Shown here: positions 48,322 to 58,560 of the stretch, in pieces
How positions within the stretch are numbered: position 1 is the stretch's first letter
Layout of the letters: each line of letters begins with the position of its first letter
Source: an uncultured Candidatus Rokubacteria bacterium
Lineage (GTDB): Bacteria > Methylomirabilota > Methylomirabilia > Rokubacteriales > CSP1-6
Reading direction: 5' to 3'
DNA length: 64,000 nt
Assembly (NCBI GenBank): GCA_963771355.1
Contig: CAVYTA010000006.1
Span: 2,272,001-2,336,000, forward strand
Program-made: the position numbers and the translations under genes
Notes under the pieces: generated by a model
The model's database searches: none
Seen by the model: the letters and a program-made list of their open reading frames with translations, nothing else
What the model was told of the DNA's origin: nothing

Positions 48322-49296
48322 CTAGCCCGAAGCGGCAACCGCGAGGGCGAAGTAGCTCTCCGAGTCGGTGTGCCAGGTCTCGAGGCGAAGCCCGGCCTCT
48401 TCGAGCATGGCCTGGGCCCCGGCGCGGCTGAACTTGTAGGAACTCTCCGTCCAGATGTTTTCGTCCGGCGAGATTCGAATGGTCAGCTCCAGGCGGCGAA
48501 GATGCACCACCTGCGTCGAGTCGGGGACGAGGTGCATCTCGATGCGGGCCGCAGGCTCGTTGTAGAAGGCGACGTGCCGGAAGGCCGTGGGGCGGAAGTC
48601 GGCGTCCGCGCCGTGGTTGACGACGTTGAGGATGTTCCGGTTGAACTCCCGGGTGACGCCGCTCGCGTCGTTGTATGCGGCTTCGAGCACCGTGACGTCC
48701 TTGACGAGGTCGAGGCCGAGGAGAAAGCGATCCTCCCGGCTACGGAGGAGCGCGCGCACCTGGGAGAGCAGCCGCAGCCTGGCCGGAGGGTCGAGGTTGC
48801 CGATCGTGCTCCCGAGGAAGAGCACGAGGCGGCGGCCGACCGGGGAGGGCACGTGCTCCAGGTGCCGCTCGAAGTCACCCACGAGGGCGCGCACGTCGAG
48901 GAACGGGTAGTCGGAAATGAGGCGGGCCGCGCTGGCTTGCACGGTCAGCTCGTCGACGTCGATCGGAACGTAGCGCAGGCGATCCGGCAGGCCATTCCGG
49001 CCATCGAGGAGCCGGCGGGTCTTCGACGCCGATCCCGGACCGAGCTCTACGATGTCCTGGGGCTGCAGCTCGCGCATGAGCCGTGGCGCGAGCGTGTCGA
49101 GGAGCGCCGCTTCCGTCCGCGTCAGGTAGTACTCGGGAAGCTTGGTGATGTCTTCGAACAGATTGGATCCGATGACATCGTAGAAGTACTTCGAAGGCAG
49201 GGTCTTGGGGCTTGCCGTGAGCCCGCGGCGCACGTCTTCCTCGATCCTTGTGCGCCTGTCGGTTTCGTTCGTATACGCGTACGCGCGATAGCGCAT
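48322..49296 (-). CDS. egtD: L-histidine N-alpha-methyltransferase
   Basis: LPSKYFYD..GS.LFE.IT.LPEYYLTRTE, VELGPG, FLGSTIGN, DLVKD...AYND, RIEMHL, TESSYKF. Confidence 0.92.
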   Translation of the reverse strand: MRYRAYAYTNETDRRTRIEEDVRRGLTASPKTLPSKYFYDVIGSNLFEDITKLPEYYLTRTEAALLDTLAPRLMRELQPQDIVELGPGSASKTRRLLDGRNGLPDRLRYVPIDVDELTVQASAARLISDYPFLDVRALVGDFERHLEHVPSPVGRRLVLFLGSTIGNLDPPARLRLLSQVRALLRSREDRFLLGLDLVKDVTVLEAAYNDASGVTREFNRNILNVVNHGADADFRPTAFRHVAFYNEPAARIEMHLVPDSTQVVHLRRLELTIRISPDENIWTESSYKFSRAGAQAMLEEAGLRLETWHTDSESYFALAVAASG

Positions 49297-49488
49297 TATG
49301 GTCGTCGGCCCGAGGCGGGGGGCATGTGGCGACCCCCGCCGCGGACCTTCGAGGGTAGACTGCCTCGGGTCAACTCGCAAGCGTTGCTTGAGATGCGCGA
49401 CTGGGGTCCGGCGCTTTCGGTCGCCGTGGGGCCCATCCCGACGTACACTTCCTGGCAGTGCTCGCTAGGACCATAGGGAGGGTTCTCC

Positions 49489-50820
49489 ATGGCTGAGACG
49501 GTTGGTGAGCGGCTCGCTGGCGTATGGGCGCGCACGGACCGGATCTTCGAGATCCTCGCGCCCGGGGCCTTCCTCGCCCAGCCGATCGCGCTGCGCCACC
49601 CGTTCATCTTCTATGTCGGGCACCTCCCCGCCTTCGCCTGGAACCACGTGTGCGTGGGTGTCCTCGCACGGCCCTCCTTCAACGCCGCGTTCGATGAGCT
49701 CTTCTCCCGCGGCATCGATCCCGATGTGGACGACCCCAGCCACTGCCACGCTCACCCGGAGATCCCGGATCGCTGGCCGACCGTGGCCGAGGTGCTCGCC
49801 TATCGTGATCGCGTCCGGGCCTCGGTGCTCGAATCCGTGGACGCGGTGACGGAGCGGGCCGGGTCGCATCTCATGGCCCGGGATGGGCGCGTCTTCTCGA
49901 TGGTGATCGAGCACGAGCTCATGCACCAGGAGACGCTCCTCTATATGCTCCAGGAGCTCGCTCTCGACCGGAAGGTCCGTCCCGCCTGGCTCCCGCGCGA
50001 TGTGACCGGCCGCGGCCGACCCCCGGCCACGGTGCAGGTGCCCGCGGGGACGGCGACGCTCGGCGCGGCGTTCACCGACCTGGCATTCGGCTGGGACAAT
50101 GAATTCCCCCCGGCTCAGGTCTTCGTGCCGGGTTTCCGCATCGACGAGACGCCGGTGACGAACGGCCAGTTTCTCGCCTTCGTGGACGACGGAGGATACC
50201 GGCGCCGCGAGCTCTGGGCTGCCGATGACTGGGGATGGAACCGTGAGGAGACCCTCGCTCATCCGCGGGTGTGGACGAACCAGGACGGGCGGTGGCTCTA
50301 CCGCGGCCTCTTCGATCTCCTCCCGCTCGAGCGCGTGATGGATTGGCCCGTGTACGTCAGCCTGGCCGAGGCGCGGGCGTATGCGCGCTGGCGTGGTCTG
50401 CGCCTGCCCACGGAGGCGGAGTTCCACCGGGCGGCTTTCGGCGATCCACGGGGACCCGAGCGTGCCTTCCCCTGGGGGGCAGGCGCTCCCGGGGAGCGAC
50501 ACGGCAACTTCGACTTTCGCCACTGGGCGCCGACGCCCGTGGGCACGTACCCCGAGGGCGCGAGCGCGTGGGGTGTCTACGACCTCGTCGGCAATGGGTG
50601 GGAATGGACCGAGACGCCGTTCGCGGGTTTTGCGGGTTTCGAGGCGTGGATCCCCGGATATTCCGGCTACTCAGCCGATTTCTTCGACGGCAAGCACTTT
50701 GTCCTCAAGGGCGGTTCGTGGGCGACCGCCGCGGAGCTTGTACGGCGGAGCTTCCGCAACTGGTTCCAGGCGCACTATTCGTACGTGTTCGCCACGTTTC
50801 GCTGTGTCGAGAGCCCCTGA
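49489..50820 (+). CDS. egtB: Non-heme iron sulfoxide synthase (DinB + FGE-sulfatase), fungal-Egt1-like motif set
   Basis: LRHPFIFYVGH, RGIDPDVDD, EHELMHQE (H-x3-H-x-E), FGWDNE, RLPTEAE, GNGWEW, GYSADFFDG, RNWFQ. Confidence 0.85.
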   Translation: MAETVGERLAGVWARTDRIFEILAPGAFLAQPIALRHPFIFYVGHLPAFAWNHVCVGVLARPSFNAAFDELFSRGIDPDVDDPSHCHAHPEIPDRWPTVAEVLAYRDRVRASVLESVDAVTERAGSHLMARDGRVFSMVIEHELMHQETLLYMLQELALDRKVRPAWLPRDVTGRGRPPATVQVPAGTATLGAAFTDLAFGWDNEFPPAQVFVPGFRIDETPVTNGQFLAFVDDGGYRRRELWAADDWGWNREETLAHPRVWTNQDGRWLYRGLFDLLPLERVMDWPVYVSLAEARAYARWRGLRLPTEAEFHRAAFGDPRGPERAFPWGAGAPGERHGNFDFRHWAPTPVGTYPEGASAWGVYDLVGNGWEWTETPFAGFAGFEAWIPGYSGYSADFFDGKHFVLKGGSWATAAELVRRSFRNWFQAHYSYVFATFRCVESP

Positions 50821-50991
50821 CGCCGATCGCGCGCGCGAGATCCTGCGTTTCTCTGCGCCCCGGTTCGCTTGGGCTATGACCCCGCAAGGTTGTGCCGGAG
50901 TCCGGGCCCGAATGCAATCGGGCTCGCGCACCTCGGGTGTATCGTGACCGAGGAGGCCGCCGCCGGGGAGCCCGGCACGGCCGGCCACATC

Positions 50992-52653
50992 ATGGCAGAC
51001 CCGTACCTGGGCCGTCGCGACCAGATGTTCCCCCGGCTGACCCCGGCTCAGATCGAACGGATCTCCGCGGTCGGCGAGCGTCGCAGCGTCCGCTCGGGCG
51101 AGGTGCTGTTCGAGCTCGGGGAGCAAAACACCCGCTTCTTCGTGGTCATCGAGGGCGCCGTCGAGATCGTGCGCCCGGTCGACGGTCGTGAACAGCCGAT
51201 CGTGGTGCACGGCCCCGGCGAATTCACGGGCGAGATCAACATGCTATCCGCGCGCCGCGCCATCGTCCTCGGGCGGGCTCTCGGCGACGGGTCGATCGTC
51301 GTCGTCGATCGTGAGCATCTGCGCGCGCTCGTGCAGCGAGACTTCGAGCTCAGCGAGATCCTCATGCGTTCCTTCATTCTGCGGAGGGTGGCGCTCATCG
51401 CCCACGGCGACAGCGGCCTGGTCCTCATCGGCTCTCGGCATTCGGCAAACACGCTACAGATCAGAGAGTTCCTGACTCGAAACGCGCAGCCGTTCACATA
51501 CCAGGACGTGGAGAGCGACCCGGACGTGCAGGCGCTCCTGGATCGGTTCCAGGTCGGGGTCGACGACGTGCCCGTGGTCGTGTGCGAGGGGGGCCAGGTG
51601 CTGAGGAACCCCTCGATCGAGGCACTGGCCTCGGGGCTCGGCCTGAGCCCCGAGTTCGACGCCGGGGTGACGAGGGACGTGGTCATCGTTGGCGCGGGAC
51701 CGGCGGGTCTCGCGGCCGCGGTCTACGCCGCATCGGAGGGGCTCGACGTGCTGGTGCTCGAGACCACCGCGCCCGGCGGCCAGGCCGGCTCGAGCTCACG
51801 CATCGAGAACTATCTCGGATTCCCCACCGGCATCTCCGGCCAGGACCTGGCTGGGCGTGCGCTCATGCAGACCGAGAAGTTCGGCGCGGAGGTGGCCATC
51901 GCCCGGGGGGCCGTCGGTCTCGACTGCACGTCGAAGCCCTACGCGGTCCGCCTGGCGACCGGCGAAGTCGTGCGTACGAGGACCGTCGTCATCGCCAGCG
52001 GCGCCAGGTACCGGAAGCCCGCCCTCTCGGAGCTCTCGCGTTTCGAGGGAGCGGGCATCATGTACAGCGCCACCCACGTCGAAGCGCAGCTCTGCAAGGA
52101 GGAGGAGATCGCCATCGTGGGGGGCGGCAATTCCGCCGGACAGGCGGCCGTCTTTCTCTCGCAGAGCTCGGCCCAGGTGAACGTGCTCGTGCGAGGCCCG
52201 GGGCTCGCGGCGAGCATGTCGCGCTACCTCATCCAGCGAATCGAAGACAGCTCGAACGTGGTGCTGCGTGCGCGCACGCAGATCGACGCGCTCGAGGGAA
52301 CCGACCGCCTCGAGGGGATCCGCTGGCGCCATCTCGACACCGGACAATCGCAGACGCGCCCGATCCGTCACCTGTTCCTGATGACCGGCGCCGACCCGAA
52401 CACCGCCTGGCTCGGCGGATGCGTGGTGCTTGACGACAAGAACTTCGTCAAGACCGGCGCCGAGCTCCACCCCGATGAGCTCGAAGAGGCGGGATGGCCT
52501 CTCGCCCGCCGGCCCGATCTGCTGGAGACGAGCATGCCGGGTGTCTTCGCGGTCGGCGATGCACGGTCGGGCAGCGTCAAGCGTGTGGCGTCGGCGGTGG
52601 GCGAGGGCTCGGTGTGCGTCCAGCTCATCCACCGGGCGCTCCGTGAGCTGTAG
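50992..52653 (+). CDS. Cyclic-nucleotide-binding domain fused to thioredoxin reductase-like FAD domain
   Basis: cNMP domain (GPGEFTGE), GAGPAG, SSRIENYLGFPTG, GGGNSAGQ, FAVGD..SVKRVASAVGEG; YSAT in place of CxxC. Confidence 0.88.
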   Translation: MADPYLGRRDQMFPRLTPAQIERISAVGERRSVRSGEVLFELGEQNTRFFVVIEGAVEIVRPVDGREQPIVVHGPGEFTGEINMLSARRAIVLGRALGDGSIVVVDREHLRALVQRDFELSEILMRSFILRRVALIAHGDSGLVLIGSRHSANTLQIREFLTRNAQPFTYQDVESDPDVQALLDRFQVGVDDVPVVVCEGGQVLRNPSIEALASGLGLSPEFDAGVTRDVVIVGAGPAGLAAAVYAASEGLDVLVLETTAPGGQAGSSSRIENYLGFPTGISGQDLAGRALMQTEKFGAEVAIARGAVGLDCTSKPYAVRLATGEVVRTRTVVIASGARYRKPALSELSRFEGAGIMYSATHVEAQLCKEEEIAIVGGGNSAGQAAVFLSQSSAQVNVLVRGPGLAASMSRYLIQRIEDSSNVVLRARTQIDALEGTDRLEGIRWRHLDTGQSQTRPIRHLFLMTGADPNTAWLGGCVVLDDKNFVKTGAELHPDELEEAGWPLARRPDLLETSMPGVFAVGDARSGSVKRVASAVGEGSVCVQLIHRALREL

Positions 52654-52683
52654 CGCGCGCCATTCTCGTTCCGCGCCCCTTCG

Positions 52684-52806
52684 CTAATCACTCATAAGCG
52701 ATGCTGCCGCCACGCGCATGAAGGCCTCCAGGTGCTCGGCGACGACCTGATGGAGCACGGTGTGCTCGGCGTCGCGGGGCCGGTAGACCGCTCGCTGGAG
52801 GGCCAT
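52684..52806 (-). mobile_element. Truncated IS91-family transposase N-terminus
   Basis: MALQRAVYRPRDAEHTVLHQVVAEHLEAF resembles the segment preceding the IS91 Zn-binding domain; ends after about 40 aa. Confidence 0.6.
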
Positions 52807-53013
52807 GGCTCCCAAGCACGCGGCCCGACTCCTTCTTGAACGCGCCGTGACTGAAGAAGGCGTACTCACCGGGCTGGAGCGACGCGCGAGGAGTGAGCGG
52901 TGGAATCGAACATGTTTGCGATGATTCGCTGGGGTCTCCGCGTCCCTGAGGGGGTCCGCGAATTGTGGCTCTACCCATCGCGCGCCGTCAAGTCCAAGGT
53001 GTAGAATCCCGCC

Positions 53014-54414
53014 ATGCCTCGACCGATGAGCGACGATGGCGCGCGTCAGAGCCTCCGCGGCTTCGTATCGGCGCTGGAGCAGGCCCACCCGGGCGAGGTG
53101 GTGCGCATCACGGAGCCCGTGGACCTCGCCTACCAGACGCAAGCGCTAGCACTGGAGCTCGAGCGGCGGCGGCGGTTTCCCTTGCTGATCTTCGAGCAGG
53201 TCCGCGGCCACTCGATCCCCATCGTGTCGAATGTCACGGCGAGCCGGCGAGGGCTCGCGACGGCTCTCGGGGTCGACGAGGCGCAGCTCCCGGAGGAGTA
53301 CGCCAAGCGGCTGAAGGAGCCGATCAAGCCCGTCGTCCTCGACCGCCCGCCCTTCGCGCTCGAGGTCAGGAGTGGTGATGCGGTAGACCTTGGCGCCCTG
53401 CCCATCCCGACGTATTTTCCTGGCGACGGCGGCCCCTACCTGACGGCGGGGCTTCTCACCGCGCGGGACCCTGCCACGGGAGTCTCCACCGCGGGCTTCC
53501 ACCGGTTTCAGGTCAAGGGGCCGGACCGGCTCGGCGTGAGCCTCCACTCGCGCCGGCGCATGTACGAATTCCAGCAGCGGGCGGAGAAGGCCGGACGGAG
53601 CCTCGACTGCGCCATCGTCATCGGGCTCCATCCTGCCGTCGGGATGGGGTCGCTCTCTTATCCAGCGCCGGAGATCTCGAAGTTCGAGGTGGTCGGCGGG
53701 CTGTTCGGAGAGTCCATGCAGCTTCGGCGGGCGGAGACGGTCGACCTCGACGTCCCGGCCTGGGCCGAAATCGTGATTGAAGGCGAGATCCTGCCGGCCG
53801 CGCGCGAGCCCGAGGGCCCCTTCGGGGAGTTCACCGGCTACTTCTCGCGCCGGAGCACCGACAACATCTTCGTGGCGCGCGCCATCGTGCTGCGACAAGG
53901 CGCGTGGTTCCACTCGATCGCTTCCGGCCGGGCGCCCGACCACATCTTGCCGCTGGGTGTCCTGCGGGAGGCCGAGATCCGCAACTCGCTCCGCCGCGTG
54001 ATCCCGGGAGTGCGCGCGGTACACGTGCCGGTGTCGGGCGGCGCGTCGTTCACCGCGTACGTATCGATCAAGCAGACGCGGCCCGGGGAGGCCAAGCACG
54101 CCATCTCCGTCGTCCTCGGGGTGGATCACTACCTCAAGCTCGTAGTCATCGTGGACGACGACATCGACGTGTTCGATGAATCCGACGTCCTGTGGGCGAT
54201 GGCGACCCGGGTGCAGCCCGACCGTGACCTCGTCATCATCAGCGGCAGCCTCGGCGCGATCCTCGATCCTTCGGCGAGCCCCGAGGGGCTGACCGCAAAG
54301 CTCGGCATCGACGCCACGAGGGCCTTCGGCGAGGCCGGAGCGGAGAAGCTCGTCATGTCCGCCGAGGCGATGGCCTGGGCGCGCGCCCTGGTCGACCGGC
54401 TCTCGCGCGGCTAG
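53014..54414 (+). CDS. UbiD family (de)carboxylase
   Basis: DGGPYLTAG, AEIVIEG, EGPFGEFTGY, VDDDIDV, WAMATR, KLGIDAT. Confidence 0.92.
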   Translation: MPRPMSDDGARQSLRGFVSALEQAHPGEVVRITEPVDLAYQTQALALELERRRRFPLLIFEQVRGHSIPIVSNVTASRRGLATALGVDEAQLPEEYAKRLKEPIKPVVLDRPPFALEVRSGDAVDLGALPIPTYFPGDGGPYLTAGLLTARDPATGVSTAGFHRFQVKGPDRLGVSLHSRRRMYEFQQRAEKAGRSLDCAIVIGLHPAVGMGSLSYPAPEISKFEVVGGLFGESMQLRRAETVDLDVPAWAEIVIEGEILPAAREPEGPFGEFTGYFSRRSTDNIFVARAIVLRQGAWFHSIASGRAPDHILPLGVLREAEIRNSLRRVIPGVRAVHVPVSGGASFTAYVSIKQTRPGEAKHAISVVLGVDHYLKLVVIVDDDIDVFDESDVLWAMATRVQPDRDLVIISGSLGAILDPSASPEGLTAKLGIDATRAFGEAGAEKLVMSAEAMAWARALVDRLSRG

Positions 54415-54419
54415 CGCGC

Positions 54420-55538
54420 CTACGGCTTCAGGATCACGCGGGTGGCCGCCGTGCCCGTGCTCTTTCCCTGCCACTCGGCCATCTCGAAGGCCTTGTTGAT
54501 GTCCTTGAGCGGGAAGCTGTGGGACACCAGCGACGTGAGCAGGTACTTCGCGTTCGTGCGCACCAGGAACTCCAGCGCGGCGGGGATGATCCAGGGATCG
54601 TAGTGGGTGACGCCCAGCCACTTGATCTGGTTGGTGATGACGAGCGTGGCGGGCAGCGTCACCGTCTGCGGCACGATGTTGCCGATGTCCACGTATTTGC
54701 CGTTGATCCTAACCATGTTGAGGCCTTCCAACGTGGCCGCGGCGATCCCGACCACTTCCACCACGATGTCGGCGCCGCGCCCGTCGGTGAGCTCCTTCAC
54801 CCGCGCGATGCGCTTCTCCGGCGTCGGGTACTCGTTCATGTCGATGACATCGGTGGCGCCGCACTTCGTCGCCAGCGCCAGCCGCGGAGCCTGGCCGTCC
54901 ACCGAGATCACGCGCGCGGCGCCTTTCTCGGCCGCCACCGCCGCCGCGTAGATCCCGAGCCCGCCCGCGCCCTGGATGACCACCACGTCGCCGAACTTCA
55001 TCTCCGCCGACTCGAGCCCGTAGAGCACCTGGCAAAGCGCGCAGTTCACGGGCGGAATGGCGTCGTCGGGCAGCTCGTCCGGCACCTTGAACGCGTAATG
55101 ACCGGGCGGGAGGTAGTAGTACTCCGCATAGCCGCCGTCACAGTAGGGGTACTCGTTCAGCGTGAACTGATTGCTCTTCCGCTGGCGATGCGGGCAGGCG
55201 TGGTGCTCGCCGCGCACGCACCAGTAGCAGCGGTTGCACGGATTGAAGAAGGGGAACGCGATGCGGTCGCCCTCCTTCAGCGGGCGGCGGAGGGAGTCGA
55301 ACTGCACGCCCTTGCCCAGCGCCGCCACCACGCCGGTGAACTCGTGCCCGGGCACGCGGCGGATATCGGGGCCGGAATAATTCCCGTCATTCCGCCAGTA
55401 GTGCAAATCCGAGCCACAGATGGCGGCGGCGGTGTTCTTGACGAGGAGCCCGCCGGGCTCGACCTCGGGCGTGGGCAGGGTTTCCAGGGCGAGCGGCTTG
55501 CCCGGCTGGAGCAGAACGGCGGTGAGTCCCTTGGGCAC
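54420..55538 (-). CDS. Zinc-binding alcohol dehydrogenase (MDR)
   Basis: ICGSDLH, GHEFTG, CNRCYWC..C, QGAGGLG; AAGGAG RBS before GTG. Confidence 0.92.
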   Translation of the reverse strand: MPKGLTAVLLQPGKPLALETLPTPEVEPGGLLVKNTAAAICGSDLHYWRNDGNYSGPDIRRVPGHEFTGVVAALGKGVQFDSLRRPLKEGDRIAFPFFNPCNRCYWCVRGEHHACPHRQRKSNQFTLNEYPYCDGGYAEYYYLPPGHYAFKVPDELPDDAIPPVNCALCQVLYGLESAEMKFGDVVVIQGAGGLGIYAAAVAAEKGAARVISVDGQAPRLALATKCGATDVIDMNEYPTPEKRIARVKELTDGRGADIVVEVVGIAAATLEGLNMVRINGKYVDIGNIVPQTVTLPATLVITNQIKWLGVTHYDPWIIPAALEFLVRTNAKYLLTSLVSHSFPLKDINKAFEMAEWQGKSTGTAATRVILKP

Positions 55539-55660
55539 GGTGATCTCCTTGTCGAGTGCAGACTCGCGGCTGGTCCGCGGCGGGCCCCACGGTAGCATCG
55601 GACGCGCCCGGCTCGCCAGCCTTCGGCGCGAGTGGAGGCTCCGGCTCCCCCGCCCGCGCC

Positions 55661-55690
55661 TTGACAGGGCGCGCCGGAAACACGTAGCGT
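55661..55690 (+). promoter_or_regulatory. Sigma70-like leaderless promoter of the CoA-transferase gene
   Basis: TTGACA-N18-TAGCGT, 7 nt before ATG 55698. Confidence 0.5.
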
Positions 55691-55697
55691 CGGGCCC

Positions 55698-56892
55698 ATG
55701 CCCGGGCCTCTGCAGGGCGTCCGTATCGTCGACGCCACCACCGTCGTGCTGGGTCCCCTCGCCACGCAGATGCTGGGCGACCTAGGCGCCGACATCGTCA
55801 AGGTCGAGCCGCCCGAGGGCGACACCACACGCAAGCTCGGCCCCACGCGCAACCCCGACATGGCCGCGTTCTACCTCGCATGCAACCGGAACAAGCGAAG
55901 CATCGTGCTGGACCTCAAGCAGCGCGGCCGGCCACGCGGCGCTGATCCGCCTGATCACGGGCGCGGACGTCTTCGTCCACAACTTCCGGCCCCAGGCGGC
56001 GGCGCGGCTCAAGGTCGAGTACGAGCGGGTGCGCGCGGTCAATCCCGGCATCGTCTACTGCGCGACGTACGGCTTCCGCGCCGCCGGCCCCTACGGCAAC
56101 AAGCCCGTCTACGACGACATCATCCAGGCGGCGTCCGGCCTCGCGTCCCTCCAGGCCCCGCTGGTCGGCGATCCGCGCTACCTCCCTACCATCGTGGCCG
56201 ACAAGACCAGCTCGATGGCGGTGGCCCATGCCCTCCTCGCCGCGCTCTACCACAAGGCGCGCACCGGCGAGGGCCAGGCCATCGAGGTGCCGATGTTCGA
56301 GACGGTGGTCGCGTGGATGATGGTCGAGCATCTCTACGGCGAGACGTTCCGGCCCGCCCTCGACACGCCCGGCTACAAACGCGTGCTCAACCGCTGGCGT
56401 CGCCCCTTCCCCACCAAGGATGGTTACCTCGCCATCATTCCCTACACCGACACGCACTGGCAGGCATTCTTCCGCGGCGCGGGCCGCGAGGACCTCCTCG
56501 CCGACCCGCGTTTCCAAACCCTGGCCTCGCGGCTCACCCACATCGAGCTCCTCTACGAGGAGCTGGGAAAGATCGCCGCCACCCGCACCAACGCGGAGTG
56601 GCTGACGCTGCTCGACGCCGCCAACGTGCCCGCCACCGTCGTCAACACGCTGGACTCGATCCTCACCGATCCGCAGCTCGAGGCCACCGGGTTCTGGAAG
56701 ACCATCGAGCACCCTAGCGAGGGCCTGCTCCGCACCCCGGACATCCCTGCGACGTACAGCCGGACGCCCGGCGAGATCCGCCGCCATCAGCCGCGGCTCG
56801 GCGAGCACAGCGTGGAGATCCTGAAGGAAGCCGGGATGTCCGACGAGGAGATCCGCGCGATGCTCGCCGCCGGGGCGACCGCCCAGCCCTAG
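55698..56892 (+). CDS. CaiB/BaiF class III CoA-transferase; indel near 55928
   Basis: LGADIVKVEPPEGD, NRNKRSIVLDLK; then ADVFVHNFRP, YDDIIQAASG, PRLGEH in the next frame. Confidence 0.85.
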
Positions 56893-56908
56893 CCCGGCGC
56901 TGACGCGG

Positions 56909-57521
56909 TCACACGACGCCGAGGCCGTGTGCGGTGAGGCCGGCGCGCACGCCTTCCACTCCGCCCACGCGATACGCCGAGAGCCCGGCCTCACGGGCCC
57001 CGGCGACATACGTCGCGTCGTCGTCGAAATAGAGGATGGCGGCGGGCGTGACCTCCAGTCGTGCGGCCAGCCGGCGGAAGGCCTCCGGCTCAGGTTTGCT
57101 GCGCGCCAAGCTCGGCCGAGAAGATCGCCCGCGGGCCGAAGATCTCCGCGGCCACCGGAAACACCTCTGCGAGGTGGCGCTTCAGGAGCAGCGGATTGTT
57201 GGTGAACATGCCCACCGGCCGAACGGTGGCGAGTTGCCGCGCGAGCGCGAGCATCGCCAGATCGGGCTCGGTTGCCGCTTTCCTGGCCTCGACCCATTCG
57301 GCCGCGCTGAGGGGATACCCGAGCCGCTCGCCGAACCCCTTCAGGTAGTCGTCGGCCGAGACCAGGCCCCGCTCCGCCTCGTCCTCGAACCCGGAACCCC
57401 AGATCGCGGCGTGAATCGCGTCGGGGCTCCGCCCGCTCCACGACGCCAGCAGGGCCAGCCGGCGCTCCCTCCGGTGGTGCGAGAGGACGCCATCCATGTC
57501 GAACACGACAGCCTCGATCAC
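56909..57521 (-). CDS. HAD family phosphatase; indel near 57100
   Basis: FDMDGVL, FTNN, S.ELG..KPEP, YFDD...V.GA. Confidence 0.8.
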
Positions 57522-57708
57522 GGATCAGGTTTTGATGGCGACCTCGCAACGGGCCTTGGCCCCGGCGAGGCGGCGCAGGTGCTCGAAGGCATTTTGCTTT
57601 CTACACTCGACACCCGAGAGGTCCACTCTCCACAGTACTCCTTCGGGCCTGCCGGATTTCAGGGAGGCCGGTCGCTAGGCGATTCGTAGCGCCCGTGCGA
57701 GACCGAAG

Positions 57709-58560
57709 TCAAGAGCGCCCCGTCGCCTGCTGCGGATCGAGCCAGTCACGGAGCCCGTCCGCGACCATGTTGAAGCCCAGGACCGCGGCCATGATGGCGA
57801 GACCCGGGAAGATCACCATCCAGGGCGCCTGGACCATGAAGCCGCGCCCGTCGGCGAGCATGAGACCGAGCGACGGCGTGGGCGGCCGCACCCCCACGCC
57901 GAGGAAGGACAGCGAGGCCTCCACCAGGATGGCGATGGCCATGAGCACCGAGGCCTGGACCAGCACCGGAGTCGCCGCATTGGGCAGGATGTGGCGCAGC
58001 ACGAGTCGTGGCACCGGCGCGCCGAGGGCGCGGGCGCCGTCCACGTAGACCTCGACCTTGGCGGCGAGGACGGCGGCACGCACCACGCGCGCCACGATGG
58101 GCGTGTAGACGACGGCCAGCGAGGCGGCGACGAGGACGACGCCGGTGCCGAAGACGCTCATGAGGGCGATGGCGAGGAGGATGGCCGGGAAGGACATGAG
58201 CACGTCGAGCGGCCGCATGATGAGCTGATCCAGCACGCCCTCGGCATAGCCGGCGACCAGGCCGAGCGACACGCCGGCGGCCAGCGCCAGCGCCACCGAG
58301 ACGATGGCCACACCGAGGGAGACGCGGTAGGCGTGGACGACCCGGCTCAGCATGCTCCGCCCGAGGTCGTCCATCCCGAAGGGCTGCCCGAGGGTGGGCG
58401 CGCGAAGGGCGTGGTCCTTGGCGATCTCCGTCGGGCTGCCCGGCACGATCCACGGCGCGAGGGCGGCGGCGAGGGCGAGCGCGCCGATGACGAGGACCCC
58501 GGCGAGGGTGATCCCGCGGTGCCGGGACGGGAACACGCGGCGGAGCGCGCCCGCCGTCAC
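57709..58560 (-). CDS. Peptide/nickel-type ABC permease (DppC-like)
   Basis: GMDDLGR, FPAILLAI, ARALGA, RHILPN, EASLSFLG. Confidence 0.92.
   Translation of the reverse strand: MTAGALRRVFPSRHRGITLAGVLVIGALALAAALAPWIVPGSPTEIAKDHALRAPTLGQPFGMDDLGRSMLSRVVHAYRVSLGVAIVSVALALAAGVSLGLVAGYAEGVLDQLIMRPLDVLMSFPAILLAIALMSVFGTGVVLVAASLAVVYTPIVARVVRAAVLAAKVEVYVDGARALGAPVPRLVLRHILPNAATPVLVQASVLMAIAILVEASLSFLGVGVRPPTPSLGLMLADGRGFMVQAPWMVIFPGLAIMAAVLGFNMVADGLRDWLDPQQATGRS

Noticed and set aside
49489..50820. Calling the sulfoxide synthase SenA (selenoneine) or OvoA
   Set aside because: No senB or selD adjacent, no C-terminal methyltransferase domain as in OvoA, and the motifs (IFYVGH, RGIDPDVD) look Egt1-like.
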